Source: Vampirovibrionales bacterium (GTDB lineage: Bacteria > Cyanobacteriota > Vampirovibrionia > Vampirovibrionales > JAJTHC01). Taken from it: a DNA stretch of 64,000 nucleotides. Below are positions 31,361 to 41,700 of this stretch, piece by piece. A program made the translations under genes and the position numbers. The notes below the pieces were generated by a model. That model ran no database searches. It was given only the letters and a program-made list of their open reading frames with translations, and had not been told where the DNA came from. Each line of letters starts with the position of its first letter. Position 1 is the stretch's first letter. The stretch lies in NCBI GenBank assembly GCA_046341215.1, contig JBKDRU010000049.1, positions 3,342 to 67,341 of the forward strand, in the 5' to 3' direction.

Positions 31361-31549
31361 CTATCTACGCTTTGTACCTGAAACCAATTCTGAAAATAAA
31401 GTCACAGGAGCGGTAATGGGATTTGTCATCATAAAGGTTTTTAACCAAGAATGCTTTCTAACATGATTAAAGCGATCTGCTTCAGTGATGCTTTGACGAA
31501 CATCGGCGTTATTGGCTAATGAAGATTGGCTTGCGACTGAATAAACCAT
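31361..31549 (-). CDS. Small hypothetical protein (62 aa)
   Basis: GGAG RBS before ATG at 31549; TAAGAT -10 and HLR1-like box upstream; terminator downstream. Confidence 0.55.
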   Translation of the reverse strand: MVYSVASQSSLANNADVRQSITEADRFNHVRKHSWLKTFMMTNPITAPVTLFSELVSGTKRR

Positions 31550-31650
31550 GAATGATACTCCTGCTATTTTCAACTATGTAATACTTGAACTCTTTTCTCT
31601 TGCTTTATACATCTTAATAAAGGATTAGTCTTAGGAAGAATTGCCAATTG

Positions 31651-31668
31651 GTTACATTACGTTACAAA
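31651..31668. promoter_or_regulatory. HLR1-like (RpaB/OmpR-type) direct-repeat site
   Basis: GTTACATT-AC-GTTACAAA matches (G/T)TTACA(T/A)(T/A)-N2-repeat exactly. Confidence 0.65.
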
Positions 31669-31724
31669 GCTCTATCTATATTGAAACAGACAGAGCTTTG
31701 TAAAGGGAATAGAAATAGGCGAAC

Positions 31725-32063
31725 TTAAAAAATGAGGCGTTGCATCGATGAATCTTCGAGCTTAGACTCGAAAATAAGTACATCACCATCCTTAATAAAC
31801 TCAGTAACACCAAGTGGTAAAGCAAACCCGTTACGAATATGAGCTAAAACCTTTAAACCTTCAGGAAAAGTAATGTAGCTTAACATTCGATTGCGAAAAC
31901 GAGTTGTGCGCGTGGCAACAACCGCAAGGGTTCTTAGTCCTTTTCTAATTTCTTGACCGTACGTTAAGACGCTTAAGCGTTCTAAAAGATTACCGCTAGG
32001 CATAGAAACCTCCCCATAGATCGACATTGTGTAAGTTGTAATTGCAGTCGGATTCACAGGCAA
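31725..32063 (-). CDS. Stand-alone TrkA-C/RCK-C-like domain protein (start uncertain)
   Basis: LSYITFPEGLKVLAHIRNG..PLGVTEFIKDGDVLIF fits the RCK-C pattern. Confidence 0.5.
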   Translation of the reverse strand: MPVNPTAITTYTMSIYGEVSMPSGNLLERLSVLTYGQEIRKGLRTLAVVATRTTRFRNRMLSYITFPEGLKVLAHIRNGFALPLGVTEFIKDGDVLIFESKLEDSSMQRLIF

Positions 32064-32192
32064 TGCAAGTTGGTAAACATGACCTTAGCTACATTATACA
32101 GTTTTGTGGTCATGTGACAAGTATGTAACAATTTGGTATCATACACCAAGCTAGAAGAAACGAAAGTTCAAGAAAAAGGGTTTCAGGGTCGT

Positions 32193-32960
32193 TTAGGCAG
32201 GCATCCAAGCAGGACGAATGGGACTGGTATTGTCATACACCACAGGGGTTTTCGACACGAGTACATTCAAGCCATGGTGATTTTGCTTAATTTCAAATTC
32301 CTTATTCAAAGTGCCTCCAAACGTAGACCACGCACTATAAGCCGCCAACAAGGCTTCCAACACTGAACTAGGCGCTAAGTTCGTAGGCACATTTTTAACT
32401 TTTAATTCTTCTTGAATAAGCCCCTGCAAGGCTCGACACCCTTGGGGAGAACGACTTTTATAAGGAAAGAAAAACTTGAAACTCGCCTTTGTATTTGGGG
32501 TATAAGTCAAAAACGGTAAGATGCCTAAATCACTGATTTTTTTATAAAGGAGATACGCCCTGTCTGAAAATCGATCCACCACAGGACGGTCGTATTCAGG
32601 ATTGTCGAGCCGCATGGCGTTGTACTTGATTTCTTCTTGCCGAAAACGTCCAGGAATTGCGAGGTTTTTAGGCATGTCTAAAGACACCACCAAGGTATGA
32701 GCCGCCCCTAATTGGGTGAGAACGTCTAAAATGGCTTCATCATTATAGAGTTTATCCATACGTAAAAGCGTCAAGTCTCTGTCTAAAATAGCGATACCGC
32801 TTTCCAACGACGCATTAGGGGCCAGATCAATTCCTACAAAAATCCAGCGTTGCGCCATATTCGCTTGGGGGATTTCATCCCAAGACGTGATCGGTTTACG
32901 TTCGTATAAGGGACTATAAGTCATCATCATGTCTTTGTTTCCTTTTAAGATGATTGCCAA
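32193..32960 (-). CDS. DUF429-like predicted RNase-H-fold nuclease
   Basis: FVGIDLA..SGIAIL, VSLDMP, EALLAAYSA. Confidence 0.65.
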   Translation of the reverse strand: MAIILKGNKDMMMTYSPLYERKPITSWDEIPQANMAQRWIFVGIDLAPNASLESGIAILDRDLTLLRMDKLYNDEAILDVLTQLGAAHTLVVSLDMPKNLAIPGRFRQEEIKYNAMRLDNPEYDRPVVDRFSDRAYLLYKKISDLGILPFLTYTPNTKASFKFFFPYKSRSPQGCRALQGLIQEELKVKNVPTNLAPSSVLEALLAAYSAWSTFGGTLNKEFEIKQNHHGLNVLVSKTPVVYDNTSPIRPAWMPA

Positions 32961-34051
32961 GCCTTGATGGTGTCCACCACCAGCTTGACGTTGGTGCGTG
33001 GTGTTTTGGGTAAAACGCCGTGACCTAAGTTAAAAATGTAATGGGAATCCCCACCTTCAGCCAACAAGCGATGCACTTCGCTGAGCAAAGCCGTTTCGTT
33101 TTGGCTAAACAAAAAGCTTGAATCCAAGTTGCCTTGCAAAATACGAGAGTCTCCTAAGATTTGACGAGCGTCGCTTAAGGACGTCAAATCGTCAATACTA
33201 ATGGCATCCGCAGGGCTTTGCCCGATGACGTCCAGCATACCTCGGCTATTTTTCACAAATAGCACGATGGGGATATGCGGATGCTTGGCTTTCACGCCCG
33301 CAATCACTTGGTTTTGATAGTGCATCACAAAGTCGTGATAGTAGCGAGTCGGCACAAGCCCGCCCCATGTGTCAAACAATTGCAGGACTTCCGCCCCTGC
33401 GTCCACTTGCATGCATAGGTAAGGAATCAACATATCGGTGATGCGTTGTAAAATCGTGTGCAAACGCTGGGGATCTTCCAAAAGCAAGGCTTTGGTGTGT
33501 TGCCCTGTCTTCCAGCTTTTGCCTTCTAGGGCGTAACTGGCAAGCGTCCATGGGGCGCCTGCAAAGCCAATCAGCGCAATGCCTGTGCCTGTGAGTTCAC
33601 GACGCATCATCGTCAAGGCATCCGCAAGGAAACCGCAAGACTCTTGCACATCCACAGGGTGAAAGGCGTCGACATCGCTGGCGGTGCGCAAGGGGTTGGC
33701 AAAGGCAGGGCCGTGTGAATCGGTGAAGCTCAAGTCTAAGCCCATGGCTTCAAGGGGGATGAGAATATCCGAAAAAATAATGGACGCATCAAAACCAAAG
33801 GCTCGCAAGGGTTGCAAGGTAACTTCCACGGCGACTTCAGGCGTTTTACAGATTTCTAAAAAACTATAGTGTTGACGAACAGCTTGGTATTCATGCATGT
33901 AACGCCCTGCTTGTCGCATCATCCACACGGGAGGACGCTTAAGGGACTTGCCTTTAAAGACTTCTAAGAGCAAGGGGGCTTCTGGTTTAATTTGTTGAGG
34001 TAACGCCGTTTTTTCATAGGGGAGTAAGGTTAAAGCTTCTGCGGTGGTCAC
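32945..34051 (-). CDS. hemE: Uroporphyrinogen decarboxylase
   Basis: PVWMMRQAGRY, IIFSDIL, IGFAGAPWTLASY, QGNLD, IFNLGHGV. Confidence 0.96.
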   Translation of the reverse strand: MTTAEALTLLPYEKTALPQQIKPEAPLLLEVFKGKSLKRPPVWMMRQAGRYMHEYQAVRQHYSFLEICKTPEVAVEVTLQPLRAFGFDASIIFSDILIPLEAMGLDLSFTDSHGPAFANPLRTASDVDAFHPVDVQESCGFLADALTMMRRELTGTGIALIGFAGAPWTLASYALEGKSWKTGQHTKALLLEDPQRLHTILQRITDMLIPYLCMQVDAGAEVLQLFDTWGGLVPTRYYHDFVMHYQNQVIAGVKAKHPHIPIVLFVKNSRGMLDVIGQSPADAISIDDLTSLSDARQILGDSRILQGNLDSSFLFSQNETALLSEVHRLLAEGGDSHYIFNLGHGVLPKTPRTNVKLVVDTIKAWQSS

Positions 34052-34153
34052 GATGGAGACTCCTAAAAATAATTTATTCTATTATGACACAAAAAGTAGT
34101 TTAGGGGATTTTAGGCTAGTATCGTGTTTCTCTCTTAATCTAATGGTAATGTC

Positions 34154-34501
34154 GTGCGTCGTTTTATTGCTTTGCTATTTCTCACATTAATGACTCTTTT
34201 CGCCGTCGTTCCTTCCACCGATGCGGCGTCTTACCTATGGCACCCCAGCTATGCGGACGACCGAGATCTTCTGCATTACGGTGAAATTCGTACTGTCAAG
34301 ATACAAAGCAAAGTGAATATCAATATCGCCACCTATGATGATCTCATCACACTTCCAGGGGCAAATGGACGTATTGCCTTGAGTGTTATCGGGGGGCGTC
34401 CCTATAAATCGTTACATGATTTAAACAAATTAAATGATACATTAAGCCCAAATCAAGTACTTTTACTACAACGCAATTGGCGTGGCTATCTGATTTTTTA
34501 G
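34154..34501 (+). CDS. Secreted helix-hairpin-helix protein (ComEA/PsbU-like)
   Basis: Signal peptide; KVNINIATYDDLITLPG..IIGGRPYKS-type HhH core (here VIGGRPYKSLHDL). Confidence 0.75.
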   Translation: MRRFIALLFLTLMTLFAVVPSTDAASYLWHPSYADDRDLLHYGEIRTVKIQSKVNINIATYDDLITLPGANGRIALSVIGGRPYKSLHDLNKLNDTLSPNQVLLLQRNWRGYLIF

Positions 34502-34610
34502 ACTTGTCAAGTCCATACTAGAAATTTTACAATTCAAAAAATATGTTACAAGTCTTGTAAAATATGCAAAAAGTACTTTCCTGTTTGATTTTTTCGGGTA
34601 ATATAAATAC

Positions 34611-35062
34611 ATGAGATCGAGCTTCACCTATTGACAAAGCGTCTATAGGTTCCGGCCATTTCCCTTGACTTGCTTCAGAAACCTCTCACGGTGTTTTCCT
34701 TCCTTTTGTTGAAGGATTACTTGTGATGTTTTCTGATTTAAGTATGTATGTGTTTGTTTGAGTGAATCCAAAAAGCTTTTGCCCAAGACGGCGCAAAGGT
34801 GTTTACATGAAAGGGGGGATGACCAAAGAGTCCCTGTGATGATTGAGTGAAACGATCACAACGACTCGACGCTGGGTTGCTTACCTTGTGAAAACCATTT
34901 GATATAAAGGGTTGTATTCAATCAAAATCATTGTTTAGCCTTTGTTTTTTAATTAAATAACAGTTTTTTTCCTGTTTTTCAGATGATGCCATGGCATTGA
35001 TATGAAAACATATTGCATAAGAGAGTGGCGTCCTGTTTCGACAGCGACGCCTTTTATTTTTT
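34611..35062 (+). ncRNA. Candidate ncRNA of about 450 nt (unknown family)
   Basis: No ORF of 60 aa or more in the track; TAATAT -10 at 34599-34604; ends at a strong terminator; 5' motifs shared with the 49233-48811 candidate. Confidence 0.35.
35027..35062 (+). terminator. Rho-independent terminator
   Basis: GGCGTC-CTGT-TTCG-ACAG-C-GACGCC followed by TTTTATTTTTT. Confidence 0.8.
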
Positions 35063-35087
35063 GATTTTGGCTGTTTTTTGGGCTTGG

Positions 35088-35559
35088 CTAGCTCCGTTCT
35101 TAGCTGGTGCTGTCAGAGACCTTTGCTCCGCCAAAGGTCTCCAACACCTCTAAAGGCGGCTTAAGGGAGGGAGGGTCTTTGTCGCCCCCCTCCCTTAAGA
35201 ATCCCACCCCTCTCGCTTTCCCTTCGTTCCTGCCGTCCGCTAGGAAGGCTCGCATTTTTGCGTTGTCGGCAAGCCTTCTGTACGTCATTGCGTGTTGATT
35301 TTTGAATCGTTGCACAAGCAGACGTCCAAGCACTAAATCCGAGCGGGTGAGCGAACTGCGAATCCCCGAGTGATTTTGCGGACGTCGTGCAAAGGAGTGA
35401 TGCGAGGAGGTGGGGATTCAGGGGGGATTTTCAAGGGGGGACGAAGGGGAGGAGAAACGCAATGCGTCCTTCCCTGTCCCCCCTTGAACCGCCTTTGGGG
35501 GTTTGGGGAGTCTTTGGCGGCACAAAGACCCCCAAGCACCAGCTCAAGAAACAAGCTAG
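35088..35559. mobile_element. MITE/REPIN-like element: two inverted modular repeat units bounded by CTAG
   Basis: Starts CTAGCTCCGTTCTTAGCTGGTGC and ends GCACCAGCTCAAGAAACAAGCTAG; 472 bp; homologous to 61452-61917 and 4337-4563. Confidence 0.7.
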
Positions 35560-35609
35560 AAACCTAAAAGAAATATCACTTTTTAGATATAAAACAGGAT
35601 AAATGACGA

Positions 35610-36446
35610 CTAAATTGGTTCAAAAATCATCTGCCCATTTTTAGGATCCAGCGTTAATTTAAAGTGCTGAATAAAACTCAAGCCTAACAAGCCTACAAAA
35701 CTATTGCCTTCACCAAAATCCATGACGGTCGCTTCCACATTCGAAGCTTCAATGCCATTAACGGCGACGGTCTTTAATCTCACTTTGGGGACATCTAGCT
35801 CACCATTAGCGGTGGTAATGGCTATTTTTTCGCTATTCTCTAAGTCTAATCCCAATTGACGTGCCATGCGTCTTGAAATGGTGGTGTAAGTCGCCCCTGT
35901 GTCCAAAATGAAATGCCCTGTGGCTTTGTCGTTAATTTTAACTTGAATAAATAACGCTTTCGGCTTTAAAGACATAGGTACAGACGTAAATGGCCCTGTA
36001 GTTCGAGACATCACGACATTCGCTGTAGCTTGTGACAAGTTCGGCAAACCAGGCAAGGGAACTGAGCTGACTTTCCCTTGAAGGCTTTCTTGCAAATTAG
36101 TGCCGATACTGGTGGCGACTTCTTCAAACCAATTAGAACCTTGAGCAGGTTCTGTATTGGGGGAAGTCGTTCTTTTGTCTTCTAAGGAAATACGACGGCT
36201 GGGGTTCGATGCCACCGCAGATGCTGTAACCGATTTTGTGGATCCTATTTTAGAGGCATGCATCCACGCATTGCCATCTTGAAATCCAGCGGCTTTTTCT
36301 GCAATGGTTGCATTCCATTCTTTTTGAACGGCATCAGGGTGAAAAGACAGTACAATCAATAGTACAGACATGCCCATGAAAATAAGACAACTACGTTCTA
36401 ATAATACTTTGGTTTTTTCCCAAGAAGGCAGGGGGAGCATCGTCAT
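35610..36446 (-). CDS. Membrane-anchored retropepsin-like (clan AA) aspartic protease
   Basis: FILDTGATYTTIS, TANG, GLLGLSF; N-terminal TM helix. Confidence 0.88.
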   Translation of the reverse strand: MTMLPLPSWEKTKVLLERSCLIFMGMSVLLIVLSFHPDAVQKEWNATIAEKAAGFQDGNAWMHASKIGSTKSVTASAVASNPSRRISLEDKRTTSPNTEPAQGSNWFEEVATSIGTNLQESLQGKVSSVPLPGLPNLSQATANVVMSRTTGPFTSVPMSLKPKALFIQVKINDKATGHFILDTGATYTTISRRMARQLGLDLENSEKIAITTANGELDVPKVRLKTVAVNGIEASNVEATVMDFGEGNSFVGLLGLSFIQHFKLTLDPKNGQMIFEPI

Positions 36447-36613
36447 ATTAACTCATCCTTTATCCAAAAATTACGGTGATCGCTCTTATTCCTTCGGCCC
36501 AGTGCGTATGATGATAAACTTGACTCCTCTATGTGAAGGGGGTCACGCGAAAAGTATGGTCGTTTTTAGGTTTCTCCCTTAAAATAGCGGGTATAAAAAG
36601 AAAGGTTCTTTCT

Positions 36614-37768
36614 ATGCTTGACGTTCACCAAACACGTTCAAATACATCTAATCATGGAACTACTACGCTACCCGTTTCAGATAAATCGAAGGCTTGGCTC
36701 ACGGGAATGCTTGATAAAATGATGACCCACTTGGATGAAAATAGCGGCACCATACGTCATAGCGAACCTGAAAAATTGATTGTTTCCCTAGAAGATTCCT
36801 TTTCCGCCAAGCGTTGGGACGAAGACACCATTCACCATTTAATGCTTCAGCTACCCAAGCTCAAGCAGGTGCACTTTATGGGGCATGGTAATCCGTTTTT
36901 AGTTTTGAATAACTTTCCTAAACTTTTGAAAATTTTTGATGAACATTATGGCGTAAAATGCCATATTGAAGTAGCACCTTCTACACTTTCTATTAACAGC
37001 CAAGAGATATTAAACTCCCCTATCTCTAGCCTTTCAATTTTAATGGAAAGCCATAGCCCTTCCAATTTTCATATGCTCACAGGGCAAGCGACTTCGGTTT
37101 TCTTACAGTATCAAGACGCCTTGTATCGATTTCTAACCAAACGCCTGCATCATATACATTCACATAAGAAAACAAATGGCTTAGAAGCGTCATTACAGGT
37201 ATGGGTTCAGTTCAACGTCAATCAGTTTAACTATAAATTGATACCTACCATGTTACGGACTGCGGAACAGTGGGGCGTGCAAGGCGTGCATTTAGTGAAT
37301 CATGCTAGTTTAGAAGAGTTGCCCTTTGTCGATGAAGAAGCCGTCAAAAGCTTTAAAATGCCTTTGTACCAAGAAGATGCTGAAACCGTGGGATTTCTAA
37401 AACGCATTCAAGCCGAAGATTACAGAGTCGCCTTTGAACTCCCGACTTTACTTGAATTACAACACAATAAGCCTACCAATCGTTTTTGTGAAGCCGCTTA
37501 TTCAACGGTTACGATGGACACCGCTTTTAACACGTCACCTTGCCCCAAATGGGCATTGCTTGAAGCGGGTAGTCGTAAAATTTGGCAAGGGGATTTTTGG
37601 AATGCCCCTCATTTTCAATATGCTCGAGCCATTCATCACCATGCGACACCAGCAGGTCGCTCATCAGCATCAGTCAAACGAATACCTGTACCTGATGCCT
37701 GCGTCCATTGCACCTTGAACTGTTCCCCAGCTCAAAAGCAAGCCACGCATAACACGCATTTGTTATAA
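36614..37768 (+). CDS. Degenerate radical-SAM/SPASM-like protein
   Basis: HFMGHGNPFL at the GGEP position; C-terminal C..PC..IW..CxxC SPASM/twitch-like cysteines; no CxxxCxxC. Confidence 0.55.
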   Translation: MLDVHQTRSNTSNHGTTTLPVSDKSKAWLTGMLDKMMTHLDENSGTIRHSEPEKLIVSLEDSFSAKRWDEDTIHHLMLQLPKLKQVHFMGHGNPFLVLNNFPKLLKIFDEHYGVKCHIEVAPSTLSINSQEILNSPISSLSILMESHSPSNFHMLTGQATSVFLQYQDALYRFLTKRLHHIHSHKKTNGLEASLQVWVQFNVNQFNYKLIPTMLRTAEQWGVQGVHLVNHASLEELPFVDEEAVKSFKMPLYQEDAETVGFLKRIQAEDYRVAFELPTLLELQHNKPTNRFCEAAYSTVTMDTAFNTSPCPKWALLEAGSRKIWQGDFWNAPHFQYARAIHHHATPAGRSSASVKRIPVPDACVHCTLNCSPAQKQATHNTHLL

Positions 37769-37771
37769 AAA

Positions 37772-38266
37772 CTAGCTCAAATGGGCGTTGGAGGTTTTTT
37801 CGACCCGTGTGGTGCTAAAGACTTTAGGGGCTTCAACTTCTTCAAAATAGGTATCGTCTTGGGCGTCTTGTTCCGCATCGGTGAGGGTTTTGCCTGTTTG
37901 CATTTGACGACGTCCGCCAAAAAGGTTGGAAATAATGTTGCCCAAGCCGTTTTGGCTTAAATACTGAATCGGATTCGTCATTTGCTGGCTACGAGTCAAG
38001 TTTTGATTCGCTTGCAAGACGTTCAATTGCTCTTGAATCTGCTGGACTTGACGCACGAGATCTGAAAACGAACGAGTGGTAAGCATTTGATCCGTTGCAG
38101 GCCCATTTAAAGGCGAGTTCGTCAACGGCGGTAAGGGTGACGTATAAGTCGGGGCATTGATCTTAGGAATAACCAAAGGTTTGGATGCCACCGCATCCAC
38201 TGCCGAAGAAGATGATACGGCAGTATTGTATTGAGGAGGTGGTGACGATAAATTATAAGACATCAT
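37772..38266 (-). CDS. Hypothetical low-complexity protein
   Basis: 164-aa Pro/Ser/Gln-rich ORF with a short coiled coil. Confidence 0.6.
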   Translation of the reverse strand: MMSYNLSSPPPQYNTAVSSSSAVDAVASKPLVIPKINAPTYTSPLPPLTNSPLNGPATDQMLTTRSFSDLVRQVQQIQEQLNVLQANQNLTRSQQMTNPIQYLSQNGLGNIISNLFGGRRQMQTGKTLTDAEQDAQDDTYFEEVEAPKVFSTTRVEKTSNAHLS

Positions 38267-38504
38267 TCGTTCAACCGTTTCATAATAAGATCAGGGGATT
38301 GTAGGGTGCTTGCAGGTTATTGAACAAGGGTTCCAGTAGCAAAAAGGTGAAAACGATCCCAAAAAATGCTATTAACCTTAAAACGCAGACACATACAGGT
38401 TTATTTTACGGCATTTTCCTTGAAATGTAAATGACTAAGGTCTAAACTTGTTACAAAAATAGTAAAAAATAAGTTTCAGGCTCTTACAGAAGGATGAGAC
38501 CGAT

Positions 38505-38531
38505 AAAAAAGCCTTCTATATTAGAAGGCTT
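38505..38531 (-). terminator. Terminator of tRNA-fMet
   Basis: AAGCCTTCTA/TAGAAGGCTT stem followed by a T tract on the minus strand. Confidence 0.8.
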
Positions 38532-38534
38532 AAA

Positions 38535-38611
<77 letters not shown>

Positions 38612-38679
38612 ACGTAATGGCTTGTCTGTTTCATCATCTTACCGCAAACGAATTGCATCACAACGTCGGGGCTTGTTCT

Positions 38680-38697
38680 GTTACAATCCGTTACAAT
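38680..38697. promoter_or_regulatory. HLR1-like (RpaB/OmpR-type) direct-repeat site between tRNA-fMet and metH
   Basis: GTTACAAT-CC-GTTACAAT. Confidence 0.7.
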
Positions 38698-38794
38698 TGG
38701 GCTGTGTCGATGAGCGGGCTGTCAGGCTTCGGCAGAACCCCCTGCTTTTTTATGCTAGAATAGTCTAGATGAATTGGCGAATTGGAGGACAAAA

Positions 38795-41700
38795 GTGAAG
38801 CCTTTCACCCTACTCGATGCTTTGAAATCCCACACCTTGCTCTGCGACGGTGCCATGGGAAGCCAAGTCCAAGCCATGGACTTGAGCGTGGAAATCGACT
38901 ACTTGAACTGCGAAAACTGCACCGAAATCCTCAACAAATCACGCCCCGATCTCGTCAAACAGATCCACCATAGCTACCTCGAAGCAGGTGCCGACTGCAT
39001 CCAAACCAACAGCTTCGGCTCGTCCACGATTACCCTTGGCGAATTTGGCTTAGAAGCCGACGCCTTTGAATTGAGCCGACTCGCTGGCATGCTCGCTCGT
39101 GAATGCGTGAGCGAAGCCACGCAAAAAGACGGCAAGGCTCGCTATGTACTCGGATCAATCGGACCAGGCACGAAGTTGCCAAGCCTCGGGCATATTGGCT
39201 ATCACGACTTGCTCGCAGGCATTAAAACGCAAGCCCAAGGCTTGCTCGCTGGCGGTGTCGATGCCTTTCTCATCGAAACCTGCCAAGACACGCTACAAAT
39301 CAAAGCCGCCGTAGAAGCCTGCAAGCAAGCACGGCAGGAGCATCACGGCGATGTGTACATCCCGATATTTGTGCAAGTGACGGTTGAAACCACAGGCACG
39401 CTACTGGTGGGGGCGGACATTAACGCCGTCATCGCCATATTGTCTAGCTTAGACGTGGATGCCCTCGGCATGAATTGTGCCACAGGGCCTGTTGAAATGG
39501 AAACTCACTTGCAACAGCTCGCCGAAGGGTGGGAAAACTTGATATTCATCCAGCCGAATGCGGGCTTGCCTTGCTTGAAACACGGCAAAACGCATTATGA
39601 TCTCACGCCTGAACAGCTGGCAACGCATCTAAAAACGTTTATCGCCAAATACAAGCTCAACCTCATCGGCGGATGTTGTGGCACGACGCCAGCCCATATC
39701 CGTGCCTTGGATGCGATGCTCTCTTCGCTCCCAGGAGCAAGACGCCCCTCTTTCCAAGCTCGAACGGTCGAAAAAATACCGCAAGTGGCGTCGCTCTATT
39801 CAGCGGTGGATTTACGCCAAGAAAACGCCTATTTCGCCATTGGCGAACGGTGCAACGCCAACGGATCCAAAGCCTTCCGAGACGCCCAAGCTGCCGAAGA
39901 TTGGGACACCTGCTTGTCGATCGCCCTTGAACAAGAACGTGAAGGCTCGCACGCCCTAGACGTCTGTACTGCCTATGTCGGACGAAACGAAGTCGCCGAT
40001 ATGACGGCTTTTCTCACCCGCCTGCGAGGCAGTAGCACGCTACCCTTGGTCATCGACAGCACGGAATTACCTGTTTTAGAAGCATCGCTTGCCCTGTATG
40101 GAGGCAAGGCAATTTTGAATTCGATCAACTTTGAAGACGGCGAAGCCCCTGCTCATGCACGACTCAAGCTCGTCAAAGCCCACGGAGCCAGCGTCATTGC
40201 GTTGACCATTGAAGAAGCAGGCATGGCAAAAACCACCGAAGACAAGGTTCGAGTCGCCAAGCGGTTGATTGACTTTTGCGTCAATGAATACGGCCTACCG
40301 CACAACGATATTTTGATCGATCCCTTGACCTTTACCATTTGCACAGGCAATGAAGACGACCGTCCCTTGGGCTATTACACGCTCGATGCCATTGAGCAAT
40401 TGAGCCAGCTTTATCCTGATATTCAAATCATTTTAGGGTTGTCGAATATCTCATTTGGGCTGAATCCTACGGCTCGTAAGGTGCTAAATTCGGTGTACTT
40501 GCACGAAGCCGTCAAACGAGGCATGACGGGGGCGATCGTCCATGTGTCGAAGATTATGCCCTTCCACAAAATCGACGAAATCCAGCGAGAAACGGCGTTG
40601 GATCTCATCTACGACCGCAATCATGAGAAGGGAAATCCCTTGCAACGCTATTTGGAATTGTTTTCCAATGTGCAGAGTTCAGGCATCAAAAAAGATCCGT
40701 TGGCTCACTTGCCTGAAGCGATTGAAGCACGGCTCAAGCAACGGATCATCGACGGTGTGAAAATCGATCTCGCCAGCGATCTCGAAAAGGCGATGCTCAC
40801 CTACACCCCCTTGGATATTATCAACACGTTGTTGCTCGATGGCATGAAAGTCGTCGGGGAACTCTTTGGGAGTGGGCAAATGCAGTTGCCGTTTGTTTTG
40901 CAGTCGGCGGAAACCATGAAGGCGGCGGTGGCATACTTAGAGCCGTTTATGGAAAAGATCGAGGGGCAGGAAAAAGGCACGGTCGTACTCGCCACCGTCA
41001 AGGGCGATGTTCACGATATTGGCAAGAACTTGGTGGATATTATCCTCACCAATAACGGCTATAAAGTCCATAATTTGGGCATCAAACAACCGTTGGATGA
41101 CATCCTAAAAGCGGTGGAATTACACAAGCCGAATGCGATTGGCTTGTCGGGGCTTTTGGTGAAATCGACCGTCATTATGCGAGAGAACATGATCGCCTTG
41201 CAGGAAAAAGGCTACAGCCTGCCTGTTTTTCTTGGCGGAGCAGCGTTGACTCGGCAATATGTGGAAGTCGATTGTTTTGATGAATATCCGCATGTGGCGT
41301 ATGTGAAAGATGCCTTTGAAAGCCTCGCCATGATGCAGAAAATAGGAGACGGCACCTTTGATGCCTATGTGCAGGAACGCTATAGCAGTTATGCTTTAGA
41401 ACCCTCTGAAGGCATCCCTCACCCCAACCCTCTCCCTAAGGGAGAGGGCGTTAAGGAAACCCTCACCCCAACCCTCTCCCATAGGGAGAGGGTGTTGCAA
41501 ACACCGCCTCCACAAAAAGCGGTGGATGAAGGCTTGTACTTGAGCGATGCGGTGGCTCCGCTGTTGACGCCGACGGTTGCCGAACTCCTGCCCTATGTGG
41601 ATTTAAAGACCTTGGCGACTCGCAATTGGGGATTTGCTCCGCCGAATGACGGCGAAAGCGAAACGGCGTGGCGTGAACGCTTGGATTTAGACGGCATCTT

